Shown here piece after piece: positions 38,262 through 46,808 of a stretch of DNA of 64,000 nt (positions are counted from its first letter, which is position 1; each line of letters starts with the position of its first letter). Origin of the DNA: an uncultured Fibrobacteraceae bacterium (GTDB lineage Bacteria; Krumholzibacteriota; Krumholzibacteriia; LZORAL124-64-63). Location: positions 18,045 to 82,044 of the forward strand of contig CAZWYF010000010.1 of assembly GCA_964637835.1 (NCBI GenBank), written 5' to 3'. The notes under the pieces were generated by a model. That model saw only the letters and a program-made list of their open reading frames with translations. It was not told the DNA's origin and made no database searches. The translations under genes and the position numbers were made by a program.

Positions 38262-39298
38262 CTCGCGGCGCGGCAGCAGCGCCGATCCGCGTGCGGACCT
38301 GCCACGGGCTGCCGGGCGCCTGGGAGACGCTGCTGGCGTCCTGCCCCGATCACGGGGCGGGACAGGATGGCCGCTGGCTCGAGCTGGCCGCCCGGCATCA
38401 CCCGGCCGCCGACCTGCGCGTCCTGCTCGCCGAGCAAGACGGCTCGGTGGTGGGCGGCCTGGCGGCCGTGGTGCGGCGGCGGCACGGTCTCGATCATCTC
38501 GAGAGCAGCATCGACGGCCTGCCGGGCGGACCGCTGTTGCCCACCGACCTGCCGCCCGCGGTGCGCTGCGCGGCGTTCGCCGCTCTCTGCGGGGCCTACG
38601 CCGATCTCGCCGGCGGGCGCACCGCCCTGGTCATCCAGACCCTCGACCGTCCGGACGCGCTGGCCCTGGCTGCCGACCTGGCCGATCCGCGCTGGACCGC
38701 CAGCGCCTTCGCCGCCAGCGTGGTGGACTGCCGCGAGGGCCTCGAGCACGTCGAGCGCCGGCTCTGGACCAACAACCGGCGCAACGAGCGCAACCGCGGC
38801 CTGAAGCGAGGCTGCGTGCTGGCCACCGAGCACGATCCCGACGTGGTGCGCGAGTGGTACCCGCTCTACCTCGCATCGGCCGCGGCCTGGGCGCAGGCGC
38901 CGTTGCCCGCGGCGCTGGTGGCTGCGCTGCTGCGCGAGGCGCCCGATCGCTTCCTGCTGACCACCTGCCGGCGGGACGGCCAGCTGGTGGGAGGGCACCT
39001 CTGCGTCCGGACGGCCGGCGGGCTGCTCGCCTGGCAGAGCGGCGTGCAGGCGGCGGCGCTGCGCGAGGTCTTCGTCGCCACCCTGCTCTACTGGCAGGAC
39101 CTGGTGACGGCTTGCTCCGAGGGACTCGAAGCGGTGGACTACGGCGGCAGCGTGGGCCGCGACACCCTGGCCGACTTCAAGCGCCGCTGCGGAGGCCGGC
39201 CGCAGCCGCGCCTGATGCTCATGGCCTCCTCGCGGCTCGGGCGGGCCGTGCGCCGGGCCGGCCAGGCGCTGCGCCGCCTGCGGGGGCGTACCCCATGA
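38258..39298 (+). CDS. FemAB/GNAT-like (Acetyltransf_6/CelD-like) acyl- or aminoacyl-transferase
   Basis: GTG 38258 overlaps the CapD stop (GTGA). C-terminal pattern GGLLAWQSGV...ATLLYWQDLVTACSEGLEAVDYGGS...LADFKRRCGGRP resembles the FemAB-family fold. Confidence 0.7.
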   Translation: MTRGAAAAPIRVRTCHGLPGAWETLLASCPDHGAGQDGRWLELAARHHPAADLRVLLAEQDGSVVGGLAAVVRRRHGLDHLESSIDGLPGGPLLPTDLPPAVRCAAFAALCGAYADLAGGRTALVIQTLDRPDALALAADLADPRWTASAFAASVVDCREGLEHVERRLWTNNRRNERNRGLKRGCVLATEHDPDVVREWYPLYLASAAAWAQAPLPAALVAALLREAPDRFLLTTCRRDGQLVGGHLCVRTAGGLLAWQSGVQAAALREVFVATLLYWQDLVTACSEGLEAVDYGGSVGRDTLADFKRRCGGRPQPRLMLMASSRLGRAVRRAGQALRRLRGRTP

Positions 39299-40596
39299 AG
39301 CTGGCCGCCACCGGCAGCCGCATCCTGCTCTGGCGCGCCCTGCAGAAGCTCGCCGGCGCGCTGACCGTCCTGCTGGTGGCCCAGGGCCTGGGGCCGGAGG
39401 GCAACGGTCGCTACAGCCTGACCCTGCTGGTGATCACCGTGGCGGCGTCCGTGCTCGCGGGCGGGGTGGGCCTGGCCTCGGTCCCGCGGCTGCGGCGGGG
39501 GGAGGGTCCGCCGCGCCGCCTGCTGGCGGCCCAGGCCTGGTGGCTGGCCCTGGTCGCCGGCCTGCTGGTGGGCCTGGCGCTGGCCGCCCGGCAGCCCTGG
39601 GCGTGGTCCTGGCTCCAGGGCAGCGTGGGGTGGGACCACGATCTGCTGGTCGCGGCCGGACTCGCGGTGATGGCCATGCTGGTCTTCGAGACGGTGAACT
39701 ACGATCTGCTGGCCGCTGGCCGCGTGGTGACCGGGACCCTGGCCGCGGCCCTGCGGGCCACCGGCCACCTGGTCGTGGTGGCCGCGCTGCTCCTGGGCGG
39801 CCGCCTGGATCTGACGCTGGCCATCTGGTCGCTCACCGTCCTGCACCTGCTGGCGGCGGGCAGCCTGGTGTTGCGCCTGCGGGGCGCCCTGGACCGGTAT
39901 CCCGCCGTGACGCCCGCCGGCCCGCCTGGTGCGGGACTGCCCCGGCTGGCGGGCCAGCTGGTCCGCGCCGGCTGGCTGGGCCAGCTCTCGGCCATCAGCT
40001 ACCTGCTACTGCTGCGCCTGGACCAGGTGATCCTCGAGGGGGCCGCCGGCGTGGCGGCCGTGGGCATCTACGCCCTGGCGGCCTGGGCCGCGGAACTGCT
40101 CTGGCTGGTTCCGGAGGCGCTCAACCCCCTGCTGGTGCACTCCTCGGCCGGGAACGACCACGCTGCCCGCGACCGCACCGCCGCGCGCGCCGTGCGCCTG
40201 GCCCTGGCCGCCACCGCCGTCGCGGCCATCCCGATGGCGGTCCTGGCGCCGCCCGTGCTCGGCCTGCTGCGGGACGGCGCCTTCGCCGCCTCGGTGGCGC
40301 CGTTATGGGCCCTGTTGCCGGGAGTGGTGGCCTTCGCCCCGGGGGCGGTGCTGGCAGGCGATTTCATCGGGCGGGGCCGTCCCGCGTGGAATACCCAGGC
40401 CAGCGCCCTGACCGTGGCGATCAACGTCGCGCTGTGCCTGCTCTGGATCCCCTCCCTGGGCGTCCTGGGCGCCGCCTGGGCCTCCACCGTGGCCTACGCC
40501 GCCGGCGCCGGCGTCATGCTCTGGCGCTTCCAGCGCGTCACCGGGCTGGCCTGGCGCGAGATCCTGGTGGTCGGGCCGGCCGATCTCCGCCGCTGA
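39295..40596 (+). CDS. Wzx-like polysaccharide/oligosaccharide flippase (MOP superfamily)
   Basis: ATGA overlap. About 12 or more TM helices, with N-terminal LLWRALQKLAGALTVLLVAQGLGPEGNGRYSL typical of Polysacc_synt-type flippases. Confidence 0.8.
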   Translation: MKLAATGSRILLWRALQKLAGALTVLLVAQGLGPEGNGRYSLTLLVITVAASVLAGGVGLASVPRLRRGEGPPRRLLAAQAWWLALVAGLLVGLALAARQPWAWSWLQGSVGWDHDLLVAAGLAVMAMLVFETVNYDLLAAGRVVTGTLAAALRATGHLVVVAALLLGGRLDLTLAIWSLTVLHLLAAGSLVLRLRGALDRYPAVTPAGPPGAGLPRLAGQLVRAGWLGQLSAISYLLLLRLDQVILEGAAGVAAVGIYALAAWAAELLWLVPEALNPLLVHSSAGNDHAARDRTAARAVRLALAATAVAAIPMAVLAPPVLGLLRDGAFAASVAPLWALLPGVVAFAPGAVLAGDFIGRGRPAWNTQASALTVAINVALCLLWIPSLGVLGAAWASTVAYAAGAGVMLWRFQRVTGLAWREILVVGPADLRR

Positions 40597-40723
40597 TCGT
40601 TCCCTCCGGTCCCCACACCCGTCCCCACCGAGCCCCACCACGGCCCCCTGGGCCTCTATTCGTCGAGAAGGCCCGGTTTCCAGGGCGTTCCCGCCAGCGT
40701 GGCATTTTTCTGGAAAAAGGGGA

Positions 40724-40753
40724 TTGACACCCTTCGTGGGGTGCGGCTATGGT
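40724..40753 (+). promoter_or_regulatory. Candidate dcw promoter (Pmra-like) TTGACA-18 nt-TATGGT
   Basis: TTGACA 40724-40729 and TATGGT 40748-40753, in the AT-richer gap upstream of mraZ. Confidence 0.5.
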
Positions 40754-40765
40754 TCCGTGTGTCCA

Positions 40766-40795
40766 GGTGGTGAGAGATGGGGAAAAATGGTGAAA
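40766..40795 (+). promoter_or_regulatory. Putative MraZ operator: three 10-nt direct repeats RRTGGKGARA
   Basis: ggTGGTGaga / gaTGGGGaaa / aaTGGTGaaa at exact 10-nt phasing (TGGKG cores at 40768, 40778 and 40788), just downstream of the -10. E. coli MraZ binds TGGGN repeats spaced by 5 nt in Pmra. Confidence 0.5.
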
Positions 40796-40865
40796 TCAAG
40801 GACGACGACACCATGATCCCCGGCCGAGGTGATGATCGTGAGGCGGCGAGCGGGAGCTGGAGACG

Positions 40866-41348
40866 GTGAGTGACCAGCGGCAAGACAGCGCCCCCGACGC
40901 TCGGGACCCCCTCCTGTACGGGTCCTACGAGCGGGCCCTGGACAGCAAGGGGCGCTTCAACGTGCCGTTCCGGTTCCGCAAGAAGGATCTGGCGCCGGAG
41001 GAGGAGCCTCCCCGCTTCATGATCACCGAGGACCCCCAGGGCGTGGTCAGCCTGATGACCTGCAGCCAGTACGAGGAGTCGCTGGAGCGGACCAAGCAGC
41101 TGGGCCGCGGCCGGGAGCTGTGGAACTTCCTGCGCTGGCTGGCCACCCACTCGCAGGAGGTCCAGATGGATGGCCAGGGACGCGTGGCGGTGCCGCAGCG
41201 CTACCTGGATCGCATCGGCGCCCGCAAGCGTCTGCTGGTGCTGGGCGTGGGCGACCGCATGGAACTGTGGGAGCCGGGCCGCTACGACGCCGTGCAGACC
41301 GCGTCGGGCAGCCCCACCGAGGAGTTCTTCGAGGAGTTCTTCCAGTAG
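40866..41348 (+). CDS. mraZ: Division/cell wall cluster transcriptional regulator MraZ
   Basis: GTG 40866 after GGAGCTGGAG. Two MraZ repeats, LDSKGRFNVPFRFR and MDGQGRVAVPQRYL. Confidence 0.9.
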   Translation: MSDQRQDSAPDARDPLLYGSYERALDSKGRFNVPFRFRKKDLAPEEEPPRFMITEDPQGVVSLMTCSQYEESLERTKQLGRGRELWNFLRWLATHSQEVQMDGQGRVAVPQRYLDRIGARKRLLVLGVGDRMELWEPGRYDAVQTASGSPTEEFFEEFFQ

Positions 41349-41397
41349 TCGACGGGCCGCTCACGGAGGAGCGGCGGACCGGGAAAGGAGTCCACCG

Positions 41398-41811
41398 ATG
41401 CCGTGCGAGGGGATCCGCCAGCCAGCAGCCATCGCGGCGCCCGCACCCGCGCTCGAGATCCGCACCGCCGTCCGTGGGCGGACCGTGCGGATCCACCTCG
41501 CCGGCATCCTGGATCGATCGGGCGTGCCGCGCCTGATCCAGGAGGTCCACGGGGCGCTGCCGGGCCCCGGCTGCCTGGTGATCCTCGATGGCGCCGGCCT
41601 GGTCCATCTGGATTACCGCTGCGTCGGCATGCTGGTCCGGTGGAGCCGGACGCTGCGCTCCTGGCAGCAGCGCGTCTGCCTCGACCGCTGGAACGATTAC
41701 CTCACCGCCATCCTGGCCGTCGAGGACTGGGATGGGGAGTTCGCCGATCGGTCGCGGTCCGCCGCGGCCGGCGCACGCTGGGAGATCACCCGCACCGTCC
41801 AGGTGCCATGA
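41398..41811 (+). CDS. STAS-domain (anti-sigma-factor-antagonist-like) protein inserted between mraZ and rsmH
   Basis: ATG 41398 is 7 nt after a perfect AAGGAG. The stop overlaps the rsmH ATG (ATGA). VRIHLAGILDRSGVPRLIQEV...LVILDGAGLVHLDYRCVGMLVRW...VCLDRWNDYLTAILAVEDWDGEF has a STAS layout. High GC3. Confidence 0.75.
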   Translation: MPCEGIRQPAAIAAPAPALEIRTAVRGRTVRIHLAGILDRSGVPRLIQEVHGALPGPGCLVILDGAGLVHLDYRCVGMLVRWSRTLRSWQQRVCLDRWNDYLTAILAVEDWDGEFADRSRSAAAGARWEITRTVQVP

Positions 41812-42752
41812 TGGAGCGACCGCACGTTCCGGTACTCAGGGATGAGATTCTCGGCTTCCTGGAGCCGGGACCGGGACGGCGGATCGTCGACGGGACCTTC
41901 GGGTTCGGCGGCCACGGCGAGACGCTGCTGGCTGCCGGCGCGGAGGTGCTCGGTCTGGACCTGGACCAGGAGGCGGTCGCGGCCTGCAGAAGGATCTCGA
42001 CCGACCGCCCCCGCCTCCACTGCCAGCGCCGCAGTTTCCGCGAGCTGCCCGCCGCGCTGGCCGAGGTCGGCTGGGACCGGTGCCACGGGCTGCTCCTGGA
42101 TCTGGGTGTCAGTTCCCTGCAGCTGGACGACCCCGCCAAGGGCTTCAGCTACCGCGCCGAGGGCCCCCTGGACCTGCGCTTCGATCAGGAGCGCGGGATC
42201 ACGGCCAGCCAGTTCATCGCGCAGGCGGACGAGAAGGAGCTCGTCCGCATCCTGCGCGAGTACGGCGAGGAACGGGGGGCGCGGCCGCTGGCACGCGCCA
42301 TCAAGGCCGCACACCGCGCCGGACCTCTGCGGACCACGACCCAGCTGACCGACGCGATCACCGCGGCGTTGCCCGCCGGCGCGCCGGTGAACGCCGTGCT
42401 CAGCCGGGTCTTCCAGGCCCTGCGCATCGCCGTCAACGACGAGCTCGGCGCCCTCGCCGAGGTCCTCGAGCATGCGCCGGCCGCCCTGGCGCCCGGCGGG
42501 CGCGTGGCCGTCATCGCCTACCATTCCCTGGAGGACCGGCTGGTCAAGCGCTGGCTCGATCGCGAGCGGCGCGACTGCCTCTGTCCGCCCGAGCTGCCGG
42601 TGTGCCGCTGTGGCCACCGGGCCACCATGCGGCCGGTGACGCGCGGTGCGGTCACGGCCACGGCCGACGAGGTGGGCCGCAATCCCCGGGCCCGGAGCGC
42701 GAAGCTCCGGGTGGCCGAGGCGCTGCCCGACGATGGAAGGAGAGCGCGGTGA
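41808..42752 (+). CDS. rsmH: 16S rRNA (cytosine1402-N4)-methyltransferase
   Basis: HVPVLRDEIL, DGTFGFGGH, DLGVSSLQLD, FQALRIAVNDEL, AYHSLEDRLVK. Confidence 0.95.
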   Translation: MMERPHVPVLRDEILGFLEPGPGRRIVDGTFGFGGHGETLLAAGAEVLGLDLDQEAVAACRRISTDRPRLHCQRRSFRELPAALAEVGWDRCHGLLLDLGVSSLQLDDPAKGFSYRAEGPLDLRFDQERGITASQFIAQADEKELVRILREYGEERGARPLARAIKAAHRAGPLRTTTQLTDAITAALPAGAPVNAVLSRVFQALRIAVNDELGALAEVLEHAPAALAPGGRVAVIAYHSLEDRLVKRWLDRERRDCLCPPELPVCRCGHRATMRPVTRGAVTATADEVGRNPRARSAKLRVAEALPDDGRRAR

Positions 42753-43177
42753 CCGGATGGACCCTCGCCAGCGGCCGCCCCGCCGCCAACATGGCCTGCC
42801 GCCGGGGACGTGGCCGTCATCGCCCCGTCTGGCTCGCTGCCGGCGCGATGACCGTCACGTGCCTGCTGCTGACCGCGATCCAGCTGGGCAACTCGGTCAC
42901 CGAGCTGCGCCGCGAGATCCAGGATCTCACCCTGCAGCAGGAGAACCTGGTGGCCCGCCACGCGGTGTTGTCGCTGCGGTGGAACCGGGCCACCTCCCGC
43001 CAGGCGGTCATGGGCCGCGCGGCCCGCGAACTGGGTCTGGTGAGTCCGGAGAACCCGGGCGCCGTGATGATCACCATGCGCGAGCCCGCCAGCGGTGACC
43101 GCGGCGTCCGCTGGCTGCGTCGCCTCGATCTGGACGACGGCGTGCCCGCCGCGCTGGCCGGGGCATGGCAGCCGTGA
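42749..43177 (+). CDS. ftsL: Cell division protein FtsL-like
   Basis: GTG 42749 overlaps the rsmH stop (GTGA), 5 nt after GGAAGGAGAG. One TM helix (VWLAAGAMTVTCLLLTAI) followed by a coiled coil (VTELRREIQDLTLQQENLVARHAVL). Canonical position in the dcw cluster. Confidence 0.65.
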   Translation: MTGWTLASGRPAANMACRRGRGRHRPVWLAAGAMTVTCLLLTAIQLGNSVTELRREIQDLTLQQENLVARHAVLSLRWNRATSRQAVMGRAARELGLVSPENPGAVMITMREPASGDRGVRWLRRLDLDDGVPAALAGAWQP

Positions 43178-45273
43178 CCGGCGGGGGCGGGGTGGCCGGT
43201 CGCCTGGCCCTGCTCAAGGTGCTCGGCCTGCTCGCGGGCCTGGTGCTCACCGCGCGCCTGGTCCAGGTCCAGGTGATCGACCACCCGACCCATCGGGACG
43301 CGGCCTCCCGGCAGTGGTTGCAGTCGCAGACCGTCATGCCGCGACGCGGCGACCTGCATGACCGCCAGGGGCGCCCCCTGGCGCTGACGGTCAATGCCTT
43401 CCGCGTGGGCGTGGCCGGCTCCCTGGTGCGAGACGCCGGAGCCCTGAGCGCGGCGCTGTCCGCGGCGCTGGACATGCCGCCGGACACCATCGCCCGGGTC
43501 ATCGCCGGCGCGGGGGACCGGCACGTGGTGCTCGCCCGCGCGGCCCTGCTCGACCCGGCCAGCCAGCGCCGCCTGCAGCGCTTCCCGGCGGTGACCATGG
43601 CCGCCCAGCCGGGCCGGGTCTACCCGCTGGACGGCGTGGGGGCCTCGCTCATCGGTTTCGCCCGGCAAGACCCCGACAGCACGCGGCACCGCACGGGCCT
43701 GGAACTGGGCCTGGACCATCTGCTGACGGGGACGCCCGGGCGCGCGCTGCGGGTGCGGTCGGCGCATGCGGGGCGCGACCACGGTCTGGTGGAGGTGGAG
43801 CCCGTGCGCGACGGCGCCGACGTGGTGCTCACCCTCGACGCCGACCTGCAGGAGATCTGCGAGACGCGCCTGGCGGAGGCCGTGGCCGACGCGCAGGCCC
43901 GCGCCGGCTCGGTGCTGATCCTCGACCCCGCCTGCGGCGACATCCTGGCCGCGGCGAGCTGGCCGCTGGTGCGCACCCGCGAGGCGCCGGTGCGCGAGGC
44001 GGCCGCCTGGGTCAACCGCAACCTCACCAAGGCCTACGAGCCGGGCTCGGTGTTCAAGCTCTTCACGGCCGCGGCCTTGCTGTCGGCCGGCGCCATCGAC
44101 ACCGCCACGGTGATCGACTGCAGCGACCGGCAGTTCGACGGCTTCTCGCTGGCCGAGGCGGCCGGCCATCGCTTCGGCCGGCTCGATTTCCTCGAGGCCT
44201 TCGCCCAGTCGAGTAACGTCTGGTTCGCCCGCGCGGTGGGCAACCTCGCGCCGCGCGAGCACCACCGCGCGCTGCTGGACTTCGGGTTCGGTCGCGGCAC
44301 CGGCGTCGCCTACCCCGGCGAGAGCGACGGGATCCTGGCCCGGCCGGAGGCGTGGTCGTCCCGTTCCCAGGAGACCCTGGCCATCGGGCAGGAGGTGGCG
44401 GTCACCCCGCTGCAACTGGGCCTGGCCGTGGCCGCGGTCGCCAACGGCGGCACCCTCTTCGCGCCGCGCCTGTGGCGGACGGCCTGTGGACCGGATGGCG
44501 CGGTGGTGGCCGAGAACCCGCCACGGGCGCTGCGACGGGTGCTGCCGCCGGGGCTGGACGCCACCCTGCGCCTGGCCCTGCGACGCGTGGTGGCCGGGGG
44601 CACCGGCGCCGTCGTGGACCGGCCCTGGGTGGCCATCGGGGGCAAGACCGGCACCGCGCAGAAGGCCGTGCCCGGGCGGGGCTACCGCGACGGGCTGTAC
44701 AGCGCCACCTTCGCCGGCCTGCTGCCGGTTGAGGATCCACGCCTGGTGATCGTCACCGTCCTGGACGAGCCCCGGGGCATCAAGCATTACGCCTCGCAGA
44801 GCGCCGCGCCGCTCTTCGGGGCGGTGGTGGACGACATCCGCCGCACCACCGACTGGCTCACGCACGTCGACCGGACCGGCCAGCCGGTGGTGGTGGCGGC
44901 GCCGGCGCCGCGCGCGCCCGTGCCGGACGTGCTGTTCCTGGGCAGCGACCATGCCGCCAGGAGGCTGTCGCGCGCCGGTTTCACCGTGCGCGGGGCCGGG
45001 TCCTCCGGCGTGGTCGTGGCCCAGGTCCCGGCGCCCGGGACGCGGCTGGCGGCCGGCGAGCCGGTCCGCCTGACGGTGCGGACCCGCGGCGCCAGGGATC
45101 AGATCTGCCCCGACCTGCTGGGACTGAGCAACCGGCAGGCGCAGACCGTGGCCGCGCGGCTGGGCCTGGACCTGTCCATCGACGGCGTGGGCTTCGTGAG
45201 CGCCCAGTCGCCGGAGCCCGGCGCGCCGCTGGGCGCCGGACCGGTCACGGTGAGGATGGACCCCGCATGGTGA
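43165..45273 (+). CDS. ftsI: Class B penicillin-binding protein (FtsI/PBP3-type transpeptidase) with two C-terminal PASTA domains
   Basis: N-terminal TM helix. Transpeptidase motifs SVFK, SSN and KTGT. C-terminal PASTA-like repeats (VPDVLFLGSDHAARRLSRAGFTV...GEPVRLTV and CPDLLGLSNRQAQTVAARLGLDL...GPVTVRM). Confidence 0.9.
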   Translation: MAAVTGGGGVAGRLALLKVLGLLAGLVLTARLVQVQVIDHPTHRDAASRQWLQSQTVMPRRGDLHDRQGRPLALTVNAFRVGVAGSLVRDAGALSAALSAALDMPPDTIARVIAGAGDRHVVLARAALLDPASQRRLQRFPAVTMAAQPGRVYPLDGVGASLIGFARQDPDSTRHRTGLELGLDHLLTGTPGRALRVRSAHAGRDHGLVEVEPVRDGADVVLTLDADLQEICETRLAEAVADAQARAGSVLILDPACGDILAAASWPLVRTREAPVREAAAWVNRNLTKAYEPGSVFKLFTAAALLSAGAIDTATVIDCSDRQFDGFSLAEAAGHRFGRLDFLEAFAQSSNVWFARAVGNLAPREHHRALLDFGFGRGTGVAYPGESDGILARPEAWSSRSQETLAIGQEVAVTPLQLGLAVAAVANGGTLFAPRLWRTACGPDGAVVAENPPRALRRVLPPGLDATLRLALRRVVAGGTGAVVDRPWVAIGGKTGTAQKAVPGRGYRDGLYSATFAGLLPVEDPRLVIVTVLDEPRGIKHYASQSAAPLFGAVVDDIRRTTDWLTHVDRTGQPVVVAAPAPRAPVPDVLFLGSDHAARRLSRAGFTVRGAGSSGVVVAQVPAPGTRLAAGEPVRLTVRTRGARDQICPDLLGLSNRQAQTVAARLGLDLSIDGVGFVSAQSPEPGAPLGAGPVTVRMDPAW

Positions 45274-46808
45274 CCACGCTGGCCCGGCTCTGTTCCCGCT
45301 GGCCGGAGCTGACCATCTCCGGCGACGCGCAGGTGTCCATCACCGGCGTGGTCGAGGACTCCCGTGCCGCCGGTCCCGGGACGGTGTTCGTCGCCGTCAA
45401 GGGGTCGGGTGCGGACGGGCACCGTTTCGTGCCCCAGGCCGTGGCGGCGGGCTGCGCCGCGGTGGTGGTCGAGCACGACCGAGCGGCCGGAATCCGGGCC
45501 GCCCTTCCCGAGAACCGTCCCGCGGCCTGGGTGGTGGCCTCGAGCACCCGGGGGCTGCCAGCCCGTCTGGCGCGGGAGTGTGAAGGGCGGCCCGACGCCG
45601 GCCTGGTCTGTGCCGGGGTCACCGGCACCAACGGCAAGACCACCACGGCCTTCCTGCTCCGTCAGCTACTCGGGCGGCTGCGCGGGCGCTGCGGATTGCT
45701 GGGGACCATCTGCTACGATGACGGCCGCGAGCGGGTGCCCGCCCCGCTGACCACGCCGGGAGGGCCGGTGCTCTTCCGCTGGCTGGCGCGCATGCGCGCG
45801 GCGGGCTGTGCGGCCGCGGCCATGGAGATCTCCTCCCATGCCCTGGACCAGGAGCGCCCGGGCGACCTGGCCCTCGACGTGGCGGTGATGACCAACCTGG
45901 GCCGCGACCACCTGGACTACCATCCGGACCTGGATGCGTATCTCGCCGCCAAGGCCCGCATCCTGGACCTGCTGGTCGTCCGGCCGGGCCGCGGCAAACC
46001 CGCCGGCACCGCGGTGATCAACGCTGCCGACACCGCCCTCGCCAACCTCGCCCTGCCCGACGTGCCGGTGGTGCGGTTCGATCCCACCGGCAGCGCCCTG
46101 GGCGACGCCGCCGGGGCCGACCTCTCCGTCCGCGAGGCGGCCCTGGGCCTGGAGGGCACGCGCCTGGTCTGTCGCTGGCGCGGCCGCGACCTGGTCCTGC
46201 AGAGCCCCCTCGTGGGCCGCTTCAACGTGGAGAACCTCACCGCCGCCCTGGCCTCCGGCCTGGCCCTGGGTTACGATCCGGCCGACTGCGTGGACGCCCT
46301 GGCCGGCATCGAGCAGGTGCCCGGTCGCCTGGAGCGCTTCCCGCTTCCCGACGGCGGCCTGGCGGTGGTGGACTACGCCCACACCCACGACGCCCTGGCC
46401 GCCGTGCTCGGCGCCTGCCAGGAGCTGCAGCCGCGCCGGCTGAGCGTCGTCTTCGGCTGCGGCGGCGACCGCGACCGCGGCAAACGGCCGCTCATGGCCG
46501 CGGTGGCCGCCGGTGGTGCCGACACGGTGTGGATCACGTCGGACAACCCGCGCAGCGAGGATCCGGTGGCCATCTGCGATGACATCGCCCGCGCCTACCA
46601 CGCGCTCGCCGCGCGCCGCGCCACGCGCTGCGAGGTGCTGGTCGATCGCCGGGAGGCCATCACTGCGGCGCTCGCCGACGCCGGGGAGGGCGACGTGGTG
46701 GTCATCGCCGGCAAGGGCCACGAGGACTACCAGCTGATCGGAGACGAGGTGCGCCATCTGGACGACCGCGAGATCGTCCGCCACTGGATCGCGGAGGCCC
46801 GGCGGTGA
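45267..46808 (+). CDS. murE: UDP-N-acetylmuramoyl-L-alanyl-D-glutamate--2,6-diaminopimelate ligase
   Basis: GVTGTNGKTTT P-loop. The DNPRSEDP motif is characteristic of meso-DAP-adding MurE. Confidence 0.95.
   Translation: MVTTLARLCSRWPELTISGDAQVSITGVVEDSRAAGPGTVFVAVKGSGADGHRFVPQAVAAGCAAVVVEHDRAAGIRAALPENRPAAWVVASSTRGLPARLARECEGRPDAGLVCAGVTGTNGKTTTAFLLRQLLGRLRGRCGLLGTICYDDGRERVPAPLTTPGGPVLFRWLARMRAAGCAAAAMEISSHALDQERPGDLALDVAVMTNLGRDHLDYHPDLDAYLAAKARILDLLVVRPGRGKPAGTAVINAADTALANLALPDVPVVRFDPTGSALGDAAGADLSVREAALGLEGTRLVCRWRGRDLVLQSPLVGRFNVENLTAALASGLALGYDPADCVDALAGIEQVPGRLERFPLPDGGLAVVDYAHTHDALAAVLGACQELQPRRLSVVFGCGGDRDRGKRPLMAAVAAGGADTVWITSDNPRSEDPVAICDDIARAYHALAARRATRCEVLVDRREAITAALADAGEGDVVVIAGKGHEDYQLIGDEVRHLDDREIVRHWIAEARR

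Noticed and set aside
40597-40665. C-rich tract (ccccacaccc...ccccaccgagccccacc) resembling one arm of the 14710-14788 palindrome
   Set aside because: Only a 10-nt identity (ccccacaccc) with no complementary arm, which can arise by chance in C-rich DNA. It is not enough to call a second copy of the element.
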